Notes: generated by a model not told the origin, from the sequence alone. Positions 19,650-30,130 are shown, counted from the stretch's first letter. The stretch is 64,000 bases of DNA from a bacterium (GCA_037439545.1 JBBIVV010000003.1:12906-76905); one strand, 5' to 3'. Numbers and translations are program-made.

Positions 19650-20805
19650 CTCCTTCTTTCAGGTCACCTTGAACAAGCTCCGTAAAGTTGTTGTTCCTGA
19701 TACCGGTCTGCAGAGGTATAGGTGCAAGCTTACTGTTTTTGTATACCCACACCTTTGTTATGCGGTACCACGCCTTTTTCTCATCCTCCGGGCTGCCTGC
19801 TTTTGCCCAATCCGGCAGTTTATTATGGAGACTGTAAGTCTTTATAAGCGTGTCTGCATCCTTTGGAGCAAATCTGAGTGCTGCATTCGGGATCATCAAA
19901 ATATTGTCTTTTTGACCTACGTCAATGGTAACATAGGTCGTCATGCCCGGTTTCAGTTTGAAGTCTTTATTGTCGACATAGATAATCACATCATAGTTAA
20001 CGACGTTCTGGATCACGATGGGGGCATTCCTTACAATGGCGACCGTGCCGGTGAATACCGTATTCGGATATGCGTCGACGGTAAACTCCGATTTCTGGCC
20101 GACCTTTACCTTTCCTATATCGGTCTCAACCACATTCGTGTCGCTTTCCATCTTTTCAAGGTTTTCTGCAATATCGAACAAATCCGGTGTCTGGAACGAT
20201 GCCGCAACGGTCTGTCCAACATTTATATTGCGAGATACGACTATACCGTTCAGGGGAGAAATAATGCGTGTATTGTCAAGATTGAACTTCGTTGTACTGT
20301 AATTTGCCTGTGCCTGAATAAGTGCAGCTTGAGCTGCTGAAAAATTTGCAGCAGCGACGTCATACGTCGCTTTTGTCGTCTCAAGGTCTTGTTTAGATAT
20401 GAGCTCCGGAGGGAGTGAGATCTGTCTTTCATAGTTTGCCCTGTCAAGCTCCAGAGTCGCTTTTGTCTGCAATATACCTGCCTTGGCACTGAGCAAGCTC
20501 GCAGCTGCCTGTGAGAGTGCTGCCTCAAAGGGGGTCGGATCTATAAGCGCAAGGAGCTGGCCTTTCTTTACCATGCTGTTAAAATCAGCATAGAGCTTTA
20601 TGATCTTTCCCGAAACCTGACTGCCCACCTGAACCTCGACTATGGGATTGATCTGTCCTGTTGAAGTTACGGCCGAGGTAATGTTCCCTCTCTTTATATT
20701 TTCGAATGTAAGTGAAGGCTTTTTGTCCTTTTTGACAAGAACAACTATTATTATAATTACTGCCGCAAGTACTGTACCCGCTATGATCCAATATTTATTC
20801 TTCAT
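19615..20805 (-). CDS. efflux transporter periplasmic adaptor subunit (MacA/HlyD family)
   Basis: N-terminal TM anchor, a lipoyl-like region VGSQVSGKIIKLYADFNSMVKKGQLLALID, a coiled-coil hairpin, and a C-terminal beta-barrel. It sits between the TolC-like and ABC genes. Confidence 0.88.
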   Translation of the reverse strand: MKNKYWIIAGTVLAAVIIIIVVLVKKDKKPSLTFENIKRGNITSAVTSTGQINPIVEVQVGSQVSGKIIKLYADFNSMVKKGQLLALIDPTPFEAALSQAAASLLSAKAGILQTKATLELDRANYERQISLPPELISKQDLETTKATYDVAAANFSAAQAALIQAQANYSTTKFNLDNTRIISPLNGIVVSRNINVGQTVAASFQTPDLFDIAENLEKMESDTNVVETDIGKVKVGQKSEFTVDAYPNTVFTGTVAIVRNAPIVIQNVVNYDVIIYVDNKDFKLKPGMTTYVTIDVGQKDNILMIPNAALRFAPKDADTLIKTYSLHNKLPDWAKAGSPEDEKKAWYRITKVWVYKNSKLAPIPLQTGIRNNNFTELVQGDLKEGDEVVTGYQTGQ

Positions 20806-22123
20806 TGTCCGTACCCCCGTTTCCGATTACATATTCAAGGTTAGCTATCGATATATTATACGACGCAAGCGCTGTCGCGTACGATGATTCAGCACTCTGG
20901 TAAGTGCTTGCGGCAGTCAGATAATCGAGATAGTTGTTGATCCCCGCTTTGTAGCCTTTTTCGGTAAGCTCCATAGTTGCTTCAGCCTGACTCAAGGTGT
21001 CTTTTGCAACTGCTATGCTCTTTTTTGCCTGTTCAAGGTTGTTGATCGCCGACTGAACTGAAAGCTCTACCGCAAGCTTTTGCTGGTCAATCGTATAGCG
21101 AAGCTTCAGCATCTGTGCCCTTGCAACCTGCGTTGCCGAGGTACTCTGGAACCCCGAAAATATGTTAAAATCAAGCTCAAGCCCTATTGCCCAGTTCCAG
21201 ACAAGAGGAAAGTCCTGCCCCGACCAGTTGTAGGAAGCGCTGCCCGAGAGCGCCGGCAGGTAGGCGCTTATGGATTGCTTGTATGAATAGGCGGCAGAAT
21301 CGAGCTGTTTCTGCAGAGAAAGATAGTCAGGCCTGTTTCCTATGGCCTTGCTTATGTACAGCGCAGCATCGGGAGAGACGGGTGATGCAGTAAGCTCCCC
21401 TGTGAATCCGATGCCTGATGTAAGAGGCAGGCCCATGAGCGAAAGCAGGTTCAGCACGTATATCTGTTTTGAATTTTCCGCTGTTATCAGATTCAGTTTA
21501 ATGTTTCCCAGACTTGTCTGTGCGCTCAGAACATCTATTTTTGTCTTGAGCCCCGCCTTATAATAAGTCTCTGCCTGCTGTAACTGCGTTTCCATCTGCC
21601 GGAGCAGGTGTTTGTCAGATTCTATGATCATATTGTATTGAAGCAGATTAAAAAAATTCTGCTTCACCGTATAGATGAGCGTGTTGCGCGTCGTGGTGAG
21701 GTTGTATCTTGCCGCACGTACGAGTTCAGAGGCTGACTGCATGCCGAAATAGTTTTTGCCGAAACTAAAAAGCTGCTGACTGAGTGTTACCGATGCGGTG
21801 TAGTACGGGTAATTCGTATTGTCAGGCTGCTTATAGAACAAGGAGGTATAAGGACTCTTTGATGTGACGATAAGGTTCGAGGTGGTCCTTTGTGCATCTG
21901 CAACAGCGTTTACCTGCGGCAGGATTGCAGATCGCGCAATGCCGTAGGTGCCCCTGCTCGACAGAACATCCATCTCTGATGTCCTGAGCTGGGGGTTATT
22001 CTCAAGGGTGGTCTTTAAACAGTCACGAAGGGTCATAACCTGTTGTTCGTCCGCCCGGGCTTTCGAAATCATGGCCGTTATGACGACGAAAGACAGTAAG
22101 ATCGCTACGCTCAATGTTTTCAT
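20795..22123 (-). CDS. TolC-family outer-membrane efflux protein
   Basis: ORF trimmed to Met26 (MKTLSVAILLSFVVITAMISKARA signal peptide). The two-repeat TolC architecture starts with the typical LRDCLKTTLENNPQLR. Confidence 0.85.
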   Translation of the reverse strand: MKTLSVAILLSFVVITAMISKARADEQQVMTLRDCLKTTLENNPQLRTSEMDVLSSRGTYGIARSAILPQVNAVADAQRTTSNLIVTSKSPYTSLFYKQPDNTNYPYYTASVTLSQQLFSFGKNYFGMQSASELVRAARYNLTTTRNTLIYTVKQNFFNLLQYNMIIESDKHLLRQMETQLQQAETYYKAGLKTKIDVLSAQTSLGNIKLNLITAENSKQIYVLNLLSLMGLPLTSGIGFTGELTASPVSPDAALYISKAIGNRPDYLSLQKQLDSAAYSYKQSISAYLPALSGSASYNWSGQDFPLVWNWAIGLELDFNIFSGFQSTSATQVARAQMLKLRYTIDQQKLAVELSVQSAINNLEQAKKSIAVAKDTLSQAEATMELTEKGYKAGINNYLDYLTAASTYQSAESSYATALASYNISIANLEYVIGNGGTDNEE

Positions 22124-22181
22124 ACTATAAACTCTTTTGCGCAGGGTTGTTCCCTCTCCCGGTACGGTAAAGGATATTCCC

Positions 22182-22664
22182 TTAACGATTGGGGCCATGG
22201 GGGCCAGGTCCTCTCTTCTCCCGTTTCGCCATAATATTCTCTATAAATCCAAAGAACTTCTTCTGCTGATCATTATTCAATATCGTTTTTACCTCCATGA
22301 TATGGCTGACGACTGTTTTCTCGATGTTCTCTTGCACATCTCCAATGGCTTCGATGGTGTACTCAATCTTTTTGGGGTCGGGTTTATCAGTCTGCATCAG
22401 ATTCAGAAGTTGCAGTCGTTTTTGAAATAATGTTTGTTTCATCGCTCTTATCTGTGCATGAAATGATTGCTGGTTTTTCATCAGGAGATCTGCCTGATCC
22501 GAATTCAAGGTTAACTCCTTCATGAGGAACGCACGGCGTCCCGGGCCGAAAGGCGCAGGTTCATTGCCGGTATGCCGGTAATACAAAAAACCCACAGTAC
22601 CAAGAACGGCCATATTCAGGATTACTGACAGAAGCAGAAGGAACTTCAAGGTGCTATTTTTCAT
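22182..22664 (-). CDS. periplasmic Spy/CpxP/ZraP-like (LTXXQ-motif) protein
   Basis: An N-terminal TM/signal segment is followed by two LTXXQ-like motifs (LTLNSDQADLL and ILNNDQQKKF). It lies immediately downstream of the anti-sigma gene with an 11-nt overlap. Confidence 0.6.
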   Translation of the reverse strand: MKNSTLKFLLLLSVILNMAVLGTVGFLYYRHTGNEPAPFGPGRRAFLMKELTLNSDQADLLMKNQQSFHAQIRAMKQTLFQKRLQLLNLMQTDKPDPKKIEYTIEAIGDVQENIEKTVVSHIMEVKTILNNDQQKKFFGFIENIMAKREKRGPGPHGPNR

Positions 22665-23103
22665 TGGTTCCCTCTAACATTGCCGTGTATGCTCCGGCGA
22701 TGGAACCAGGCTGGACCGGCTCAAAGCTGTCCAGAGACAGCGACGATACAAGGGTTGTTTTCTGCTCCATGAACGTACTGCCCAGAAAACTGCCGGCCCT
22801 TGTGCCTATAATTATTATCGCGATTATAAGGACTGCCTCAGCAAGTTGTGTAAATACAGGGAAGAATGAGGGCCTTTTAACCTTGTTTTCTTCCAGAACA
22901 GCCATGACTCTTGTCGCAAAGCCATAAGGAGCGCTGAGCTTTTCCATGTTCGTGAAGGCATTATGGATGCCCTGTATCTCCTCAAGCTCTTCGGAGCATT
23001 TGATGCAGTTTTTTATGTGAGAATAGAACAATTCTCTTTGCAGTGATGTCATTTCACCGTCAATGGCAGCCGAGAAAAGTTTTTTTGCCTTTGAGCATCT
23101 CAT
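22654..23103 (-). CDS. zf-HC2 anti-sigma factor
   Basis: N-terminal H-x3-C-x2-C motif (YSHIKNCIKCSEEL) and a single TM helix (FFPVFTQLAEAVLIIAIIIIG). It lies downstream of the ECF sigma gene. Confidence 0.75.
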   Translation of the reverse strand: MRCSKAKKLFSAAIDGEMTSLQRELFYSHIKNCIKCSEELEEIQGIHNAFTNMEKLSAPYGFATRVMAVLEENKVKRPSFFPVFTQLAEAVLIIAIIIIGTRAGSFLGSTFMEQKTTLVSSLSLDSFEPVQPGSIAGAYTAMLEGTNEK

Positions 23104-23193
23104 TTCTTTCTCCTTATAGGATATAACGCTCTATCCTTGTTTTTTGTTCCGTAAACAATGACGGATGTCCCGGTTTTACGGGGAAAATATGAA

Positions 23194-23784
23194 TTACCTG
23201 TTTTCATGAGTAGCCTTTTCCAGCGGGTTAAACCCTTTCAGGAGTACTTTCAATTCTTCTCTCGCCCTTGAAATCCGTGATTTTACGGTGCCTATGGATA
23301 TGTCCATGACACCGGCAATATCTTCATAGGAAAGTCCTTCTACCTCTTTCATGACTATGACCGCCCTTAGTTTCTTCGATAATTTTCCAAGGGCCTGTTG
23401 CAGGGCAGCGGCCATTTGTCCGGACTCTGAAAGCATTTCAGGAGAAGGGCTGTCGGACGGTTCTTGCTCAACAGAGTTTTCATTATTGGGAAGGTGTCTG
23501 AATAAGGATTCTGAGACCGATCTCCGTTTATAGTCAATGCATGTATTGACTGCGATGCGGTATATCCATGTATAAAGAGAAGCATCCGGCTTGAAACTTT
23601 TCAGGTTCTGATACGCTTTGAGAAATGTGTCCTGGGCCGCATCCTGAGCATTATGATGATCGCCGAGCATACGGAAGCAGAGCCCGTAGATAGTGTCCTG
23701 ATAGGCAAGGACGATCTCCTGAAAGGCGGACGTATCCCCGTTTTTGAAGCGTTCAAGGATGACAGGATCATTCAGTTTTTTCAT
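23194..23784 (-). CDS. ECF-type RNA polymerase sigma-70 factor
   Basis: Region 2 (YGLCFRMLGDHHNAQDAAQDTFLKAY...) and region 4 (LSYEDIAGVMDISIGTVKSRISRAREEL). Confidence 0.9.
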   Translation of the reverse strand: MKKLNDPVILERFKNGDTSAFQEIVLAYQDTIYGLCFRMLGDHHNAQDAAQDTFLKAYQNLKSFKPDASLYTWIYRIAVNTCIDYKRRSVSESLFRHLPNNENSVEQEPSDSPSPEMLSESGQMAAALQQALGKLSKKLRAVIVMKEVEGLSYEDIAGVMDISIGTVKSRISRAREELKVLLKGFNPLEKATHENR

Positions 23785-23805
23785 TCAGTTGGAATCCGGT
23801 GAAGA

Positions 23806-24933
23806 TCAGAACAGTTCTGTAACAATGCCGTCCATCACGCACATGCCTTTTACCGTAAGGCTCAATTTATTGTCCGTAATGCGGATTAAACCGTCATCCG
23901 TAAGATGCTGCAGCAGGACTCTGTTTTTTACAAGATCCGTATCGACGCCCTTCCATGTCCTGAGAGAAAGGAATATGTGCTCCAGTGTCTCTGCATCGGT
24001 GTCCAGGACTTCAACCCTGCTTATGGGGAATGCGCTGTTGCCGTCGTTGCTGATTACCTTCTCCGTATACGCTGAAGGCGGGTATGCGTTTTCATACCGT
24101 GCCTGTGCCGTCATGCCAATCCAAGGCAGTCCTGTTTTGAAAAAGCCATGAGCGCCGGAACCTATCCCGAGATAATCGCCGCGCTCCCAGTAGTTCATGT
24201 TATGGACCGACTGAAAGCCTTTCTTTGCAAAGTTCGAGACCTCGTAATGGTCATAACCGGCATTGACCATTTCATCGTGGATACTCAAGTAGAGGTCCCC
24301 GAATGCCTCGTCGTTCAAGGGCTTGAAGATCTTGTCCATGGACAACGGGGTCCCCTGTTCTATGGTAAGGTAGTAAAATGAAACATGTTCGGGCTTGATT
24401 TTTTTTATACCGTCGAGTTCCTTTGCAATGTCCTGAGAAGGGATGCCGAATATGATATCCACATTTATATTTTTGAATCCAGCGCTCCTCGCCTTTTCTA
24501 TCGCCGCAAAGGATGAATCAGAGTCGTGGAGCCTGCCGAGTGATTTGAGCACCGTGTCATCGAAAGACTGCAGCCCGATACTGAGACGGTTAATCCCTGC
24601 TCTATACATGGTTTTCAGCTTTTCCGGTGATACGCTTTCAGGGTTGGCCTCGATGGTAATCTCGCTGCTTTCATTTATTTTCAGGGACAAACTTATTTCA
24701 GCGATGATTTGTTTTAATTGTTCCGGTTCCAGAAGTGAAGGTGTGCCCCCGCCTATATAGACGCTGCGTATCTCTCTGTTGGACAGGAACGGCCTGTAAA
24801 GCCTGAGTTCTGATTTCATGGCTTCTATATATGCATCCATATCGTTTGCAGCAGGTGCTGTTGACAGGAAGTTACAATACCTGCATTTCTTCTTACAGTA
24901 AGGTATATGTATATAAACTGAATAAGGTTCCAT
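23806..24933 (-). CDS. hemW: radical SAM heme chaperone HemW (oxygen-independent coproporphyrinogen-III-oxidase-like)
   Basis: YIHIPYCKKKCRYCNF (CxxxCxxC), GGGTPS, and the HemN_C-like C-terminus. The length is 375 aa. Confidence 0.85.
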   Translation of the reverse strand: MEPYSVYIHIPYCKKKCRYCNFLSTAPAANDMDAYIEAMKSELRLYRPFLSNREIRSVYIGGGTPSLLEPEQLKQIIAEISLSLKINESSEITIEANPESVSPEKLKTMYRAGINRLSIGLQSFDDTVLKSLGRLHDSDSSFAAIEKARSAGFKNINVDIIFGIPSQDIAKELDGIKKIKPEHVSFYYLTIEQGTPLSMDKIFKPLNDEAFGDLYLSIHDEMVNAGYDHYEVSNFAKKGFQSVHNMNYWERGDYLGIGSGAHGFFKTGLPWIGMTAQARYENAYPPSAYTEKVISNDGNSAFPISRVEVLDTDAETLEHIFLSLRTWKGVDTDLVKNRVLLQHLTDDGLIRITDNKLSLTVKGMCVMDGIVTELF

Positions 24934-24964
24934 AAATTATTACGGTAAATATAATGTCTATAAT

Positions 24965-25840
24965 ATGAGAATGCAAGTTAAAAACAATGGTCATCCATTG
25001 AAGTCGGCTCTGGAGGCTTTTTACGGACACTGCGGCTTGAAGCAGCATATTGCGCACGACCCCATTCAATTTCCGCACAGATATAAAAAGCCTGCTGACA
25101 GGGAGACCGCAGGGTTCATGGCTTCGAGCCTGTCATACGGGAGGGTAGACCTCTTTATGCCGGTGCTTGAAAAGATCTTCGGGATCATGGGACGGAGTCC
25201 CTACAGGTTTGTGCTGGGCTTTGATCCGCGGAAAGACGCCCATAGGTTTTGGGAAATAAAGAAGTACAGGTTTAACACCACAAAAGATATCCTTGCGTTC
25301 CTGCATTTGTTTTCCAGAATGCTCAGGACCTACGGCACGCTCGGAGAATTTTTTGCACAAGCGTTCAGCAAGGACGACCCCGATGTGATCCATGCCCTGT
25401 CGCGGTTTGTCAAGGCGTTCTATGATGGAGATACATCGGCAGTATACGGCAGAAACATCCGTCCGCCCGGACTTCTGCAGCTTCTTCCGTCTCCGGACAA
25501 AGGGAGCACGTGCAAGAGGGCAACGATGTTTTTAAGGTGGATGGTGCGGGCAGGGGACGGGGTTGATTTCGGCATATGGACATTCATACCCGCGGACAAA
25601 CTCATTATACCGCTCGACACGCATATCGCGAGGATAGCACGGCACCTTGGCTTAACGCAGAGAAAGACTACGGACATGAAAACAGCCATAGACATAACAA
25701 ACCGCCTGAAACAATTCGATCCGGCCGATCCGGTCAAATATGATTTTGCACTCTGTCATCTCGGCATTTCCGGCAAATGCCCGGCTAAAAGATCTAAACT
25801 CCTTTGCCTTTCATGCTCATTGAAAGACGTGTGCGTGTAA
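24965..25840 (+). CDS. TIGR02757/DUF2400-family protein (function unknown)
   Basis: This call is from family memory: ...HDPIQFPHRY....DRETAGFMASSLSYGRV... and the C-terminal LIIPLDTHIARIARHLGL with a Cys-rich tail. It is less certain than the enzyme calls. Confidence 0.55.
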   Translation: MRMQVKNNGHPLKSALEAFYGHCGLKQHIAHDPIQFPHRYKKPADRETAGFMASSLSYGRVDLFMPVLEKIFGIMGRSPYRFVLGFDPRKDAHRFWEIKKYRFNTTKDILAFLHLFSRMLRTYGTLGEFFAQAFSKDDPDVIHALSRFVKAFYDGDTSAVYGRNIRPPGLLQLLPSPDKGSTCKRATMFLRWMVRAGDGVDFGIWTFIPADKLIIPLDTHIARIARHLGLTQRKTTDMKTAIDITNRLKQFDPADPVKYDFALCHLGISGKCPAKRSKLLCLSCSLKDVCV

Positions 25841-25946
25841 CCCGGACAATTTAATAGTTGCAATCATTTATAGATGTGTTACTCAACCTATAACGATATG
25901 ATTACAAACTGGATGAAAACAACCCCCCCGGCTGTGCAGAATACAC

Positions 25947-27338
25947 ATGCGTGAAGGCATAAAGCCCGGCAATGTACTCTGCCTCTATCCCTATGTGAAA
26001 GAGGTCCCTGTTTACGAGTTTTTCCCGCCCATAGGTCTCGAGTATGTGGCGACTGCAGTCAGCGACATGGTTAAGAGCATAAAGATCGTCGATTTCCGGT
26101 ATGTGAAAGATCCCATGAGGTATTTTACTCCTTCCATCGATACTGCCCTGGTAAGTGTGAACTGGAATTACACGTTTGATCAGGTGTGTGCGGCAATACG
26201 GGAGATACCGCAGCAGGTCAGGGTCATCGTGGGAGGCCGGCAGGCGACCGATTGTGTCGATGACCTGTTCAGCAGGTGCCCGAACATATCGGTGATTGTC
26301 AGGGGCGAAGGCGAGGCGACCCTGAGGGACTTATTCAGCGGAAGACCGCTGGAAGAAGTAAAGGGGATCTCCTATGTGGACGACGGAAAGATTGTTCACA
26401 ATGAATCCAGACCTTTGCCTCCTCTTAAAGAGGTGAAAAGACCCGACAGAAAACTCAGGACAACGACGTACCGGGCGACCATCAAGGGTATTGACCTTGG
26501 GTTAAGCATCGATGCCATCATGAGTTCACGGGGCTGTCCTTACAAATGTAAATTCTGTACCTTCAAGCTCAATCCTCTTGGGCAGATGCGCGGGTGGGAG
26601 GCAAGAAGTCCCGAATCGACTGTTGAAGAAATAGAAGCTATAGATGCTGACTTTGTGGCATTTGTCGATGATAATTTTACCGCTGATATGAACCGGGTCG
26701 AAAAGATCTGCGACTTAATCATTTCAAAGGGAATAAAGAAGATGTTCCTGTGTAATGTCAGGATTGACATTGCCCGCAAGCCGGCATTGGTAGAAAAGAT
26801 GAAAAAGGCCGGGTTTAAATTTTTGATGGTAGGACTGGAGTCGGCAGAGGATCGATCCCTGGTCGCACTGAAAAAAGGCTTTAAAACAGCCAAAGTGAGA
26901 GAGGCATTCAAGACCCTGTCCCGGTCAGGCATGCTCGTAAACGGATATTTCATCGTGGGGATTATCGGGGAGAGCGAACACGAGATGCTCGGGATCTCGC
27001 GGTATGCCCGGGAGATAAATCTGGACTTCATTTCCCTGAGCAGGCTCAGGTGGGAGAAATTTTCTCCCTTAGAGGACGTCGTAAAAGAGACCCCGGGGTA
27101 TTACATAGGCCAGGACGGAGGGATCTACTCTCAGGAATACGGGCGGAAGGAACTGACCGTAATCCTCAAGAAGATCGATCGGGCTTTTTATACTCCCCGG
27201 CAGATTACACAAATAGTACTCAAGGCATTCAGGCTCGGGATCCTGACACCACGGCGGCTGGGAAGACTTCTCTATTACGTGCCCTACATTCTCCTGAGGA
27301 CACGGGCAAGTACTCGGAGACTGAAGAAGGGCAGGTAA
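25947..27338 (+). CDS. B12-binding-domain radical SAM protein (class B, substrate unknown)
   Basis: The N-terminus is cobalamin-binding-like (VIVGGRQATD.....VIVRGEGE). Radical SAM cluster SSRGCPYKCKFCTF. Confidence 0.8.
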   Translation: MREGIKPGNVLCLYPYVKEVPVYEFFPPIGLEYVATAVSDMVKSIKIVDFRYVKDPMRYFTPSIDTALVSVNWNYTFDQVCAAIREIPQQVRVIVGGRQATDCVDDLFSRCPNISVIVRGEGEATLRDLFSGRPLEEVKGISYVDDGKIVHNESRPLPPLKEVKRPDRKLRTTTYRATIKGIDLGLSIDAIMSSRGCPYKCKFCTFKLNPLGQMRGWEARSPESTVEEIEAIDADFVAFVDDNFTADMNRVEKICDLIISKGIKKMFLCNVRIDIARKPALVEKMKKAGFKFLMVGLESAEDRSLVALKKGFKTAKVREAFKTLSRSGMLVNGYFIVGIIGESEHEMLGISRYAREINLDFISLSRLRWEKFSPLEDVVKETPGYYIGQDGGIYSQEYGRKELTVILKKIDRAFYTPRQITQIVLKAFRLGILTPRRLGRLLYYVPYILLRTRASTRRLKKGR

Positions 27339-27463
27339 TACCATTTACGTGCCCCCTGGCGCGTCCTTTGATTTGACCCCTGAGCTGATAATTTACCGGC
27401 TCCAGGATCCTGAACCCCCTGCAGATTCTTGACAATGTATACAAATTCGTTAAAATAAAATGT

Positions 27464-28789
27464 ATGGGAACTTCTGATTCTATTATATCCGAGTTGATTT
27501 TGCTTCTATTCCTGGTTTTTGTAAATGCCTTTTTTGCTGCCGCTGAAATAGCCATAATTACCGTCAGGGCCAAAGGCTTGAAGAGGGAGAAGGGTAAAAG
27601 CTGGCTGTGGGACAATGTAGCGTCGTTACTGCAGGATACGCGGAGCCTGTTTTCAATCATTCAGATTATGGTGACGGTTGTCGGGTTCCTGTCGTCAGCG
27701 ATTGCAGCACAATGGTATGCAGCCCCGCTTTCGAATTATCTGTCTTCCCATGTGGGTTTTTTGAGCATACGCCACTGGCAGATGCTTTCCATATTTTCTG
27801 TTACCATGATTATGTCGTATATATTTCTTGTCATTGGAGAGCTGTTCCCCAAGGCCCTTGCCGTTGAATACCCTGATAAGATTGCAGCGGTCACGGCACC
27901 GGTCATAAACCTGATCTTAAAGCTTCTTTATCCCCTCGTAAAATTTCTTGCCCTGTCCGTGCAGGCCGTCGGCAGGATATTCGGCCTGAGCCTGAAGGGT
28001 GGCTTGTCGATAATTACCGAGGACGAGATACGGGCAATCATAGATAAAGGTACGAAAGAGGGTGTGGTGGAGCCGGATGAGCGGAAATTGATCTACTCGG
28101 TACTTGAGTTCAGCAATACCATGATAAAAGAGATAATGACGCCGAGGGTCGATGTGATAGCGATAGAAAAAGATGTGCCCACAGAAGAGGCATTAAACAA
28201 GATGATAGAATCCGGCTATTCGAGGATGCCCGTATATGAGAATGATATGGACCATGTTGTCGGCATAGTCCACATTAAGGACCTTATCGATGCAAGAAAT
28301 AAAAGCAAACAACTGCCGAATATACTCAGAATAGCTCACTTTATACCGGATACCATGAGGCTCGATGATGCCATCAAGGAATTCAGGAAAAAGGACATAC
28401 AGATGGCCGTTGTTTCTGACGAGTACGGCGGGGTTTCAGGTATCGTAACGATGGAAGACATACTTGAAGAGATCGTCGGGGAAATACGGGATGAGTATGA
28501 CCAGCAGGAAGAAGAACCGATACAGCATGTGCAGGGAGGTATCGTCGTGCTCGGGAGTGTCAACATCGCGGACATAAACGAAGCCCTCGGTGTCAATCTT
28601 GACGACTCGAAGGTAAGCACGATAGGAGGATTTGTGACGGGTGCCATGGGGCATTATCCGTCGGTCGGCGAGATTTATGTGGATGGGCAGGTAAAGATAT
28701 TTATATTGAAAATAAAAGGCAGGCGGCTGGAAAAACTGAAGATTATCAAAAAGGATGAGAATGCCATAGAGGCAATGGATCGACGTTGA
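27464..28789 (+). CDS. hemolysin/CNNM family protein (DUF21 TM domain + CBS pair + CorC_HlyC)
   Basis: N-terminus LLLFLVFVNAFFAAAEIAIITV (DUF21), a CBS pair (IMTPRVDV....GYSRMPVY), and a C-terminal CorC_HlyC-like domain. Confidence 0.88.
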   Translation: MGTSDSIISELILLLFLVFVNAFFAAAEIAIITVRAKGLKREKGKSWLWDNVASLLQDTRSLFSIIQIMVTVVGFLSSAIAAQWYAAPLSNYLSSHVGFLSIRHWQMLSIFSVTMIMSYIFLVIGELFPKALAVEYPDKIAAVTAPVINLILKLLYPLVKFLALSVQAVGRIFGLSLKGGLSIITEDEIRAIIDKGTKEGVVEPDERKLIYSVLEFSNTMIKEIMTPRVDVIAIEKDVPTEEALNKMIESGYSRMPVYENDMDHVVGIVHIKDLIDARNKSKQLPNILRIAHFIPDTMRLDDAIKEFRKKDIQMAVVSDEYGGVSGIVTMEDILEEIVGEIRDEYDQQEEEPIQHVQGGIVVLGSVNIADINEALGVNLDDSKVSTIGGFVTGAMGHYPSVGEIYVDGQVKIFILKIKGRRLEKLKIIKKDENAIEAMDRR

Positions 28790-28811
28790 TGTAAAATGCC
28801 GGGAGGGCAGT

Positions 28812-30113
28812 ATGTATGATTTTATAATTGTTGGGGGAGGGGTAGCAGGCCTCGAGCTTGGTGCGATGCTGAGCCACGACGGATATAACCTGCTTATCCT
28901 TGAACAGTCAGAGCACGCTGGCGGAAGGGCATTTGTACATTCGAAAGACGGGTTTACCCTGGATAACGGCATTCATCTCGTGAGGTTTGGGAAAAAGAGC
29001 GCCATTGCAAGAACGATGAAGCATATCGGCAGGGAGATTGAATTCGTGTCACCGGGAAATGCTTATCTTGCGGATGAAAACAATAATTTCATACTTTTCC
29101 CCACGGGCCCCGGGGGGTTTTTAAAGAGCGAGTTGTTTACGTTCTCCGAACGTATCAAAGCCCTGAAGATCATGATCAAGTTGAAGATTGGCGGTCACCA
29201 TGGGCTCGAACAATACACTGTTGAAGATTGGTTGCAAAATGAAGGGGTAGAGGGCGGGCTCAAGAGGTACTTTAAACTGGTCAGTGCTTCTATGCTCGTA
29301 TGTTCAATGACATCCATTGCATCTGCGAAGGCATTTGCGGAGAATGTAGGCATGGTTTTGAAGACAGGCATATCCGTGGAATACCCGTCACACGGCTGGC
29401 AGAAAGATATCATCGGACCTCTCATCGATGAAATAAAACGGCACGGCGAGATAAGGACGGGTGCACGGGTAAGCTCGGTCATTCTTGAGAATGGTACGGC
29501 TGCAGGTGTCAGGGTAAAGGATGAAACCGTTCCTGCAAAAAATATAATCATCGATATTCCCTCTCAGGAACTGGGAACAATACTGGATATAAAAGCTATC
29601 AAGGATGAAAGGCTGAAAACAGCTTCGAACCTTGTGCCCACGTCAGGCATATCCATAGACTATGCCGTCGAAGGCACTATAAGTGACAAGAACGGGCTTA
29701 TCTATCTTGAAGACCCGGTGAGTTTTGGCTGTATCGTATCCAACCTGTCGTCAGAAATCGCCCCTGCAGGCAAGTCGCTTTTAACATGGTTCTGCCCGAT
29801 CCATTGTGAGGAGATGAAGCAGAAGGATCAGGTACGCAGGTATCAGCAAAAACTTGAAAGCAGGATAGAGTCCCTATTTCCAAGTCTTAAAAACAAGACC
29901 CTGTTCAAACGCGTCCTCCATTTTAACATGGTAGACGGTGTCGAGCTGAATATAAACCAGCTGCAGGGTAAAAGATTAAACTATACGGTAAACGGTATCG
30001 GGAACCTTTATTTCGTCGGTGATACAACCGCGGCACCGGGAGCAGGGGGCGACATAGCCCATGAGTCAAGTATCGGGTGTTATGAAACGATAACAGGCAA
30101 GGCAATCTTATAA
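28812..30113 (+). CDS. FAD/NAD(P)-dependent oxidoreductase, phytoene-desaturase-like
   Basis: Dinucleotide-binding fold DFIIVGGGVAGLELGAML...LEQSEHAGGRA, and C-terminal FVGDTTAAPGAGGD. The length is 433 aa. Confidence 0.75.
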   Translation: MYDFIIVGGGVAGLELGAMLSHDGYNLLILEQSEHAGGRAFVHSKDGFTLDNGIHLVRFGKKSAIARTMKHIGREIEFVSPGNAYLADENNNFILFPTGPGGFLKSELFTFSERIKALKIMIKLKIGGHHGLEQYTVEDWLQNEGVEGGLKRYFKLVSASMLVCSMTSIASAKAFAENVGMVLKTGISVEYPSHGWQKDIIGPLIDEIKRHGEIRTGARVSSVILENGTAAGVRVKDETVPAKNIIIDIPSQELGTILDIKAIKDERLKTASNLVPTSGISIDYAVEGTISDKNGLIYLEDPVSFGCIVSNLSSEIAPAGKSLLTWFCPIHCEEMKQKDQVRRYQQKLESRIESLFPSLKNKTLFKRVLHFNMVDGVELNINQLQGKRLNYTVNGIGNLYFVGDTTAAPGAGGDIAHESSIGCYETITGKAIL

Positions 30114-30130
30114 ATGACAGCGTATAAAAG

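Noticed and set aside
25898-25954. An 18-codon micro-ORF (MITNWMKTTPPAVQNTHA) overlapping the start of the B12-radical-SAM gene, considered as a possible RiPP precursor.
   Set aside because: It has no RBS and no Cys/Ser/Thr-rich core. It overlaps the enzyme start out of frame, and nothing distinguishes it from chance.
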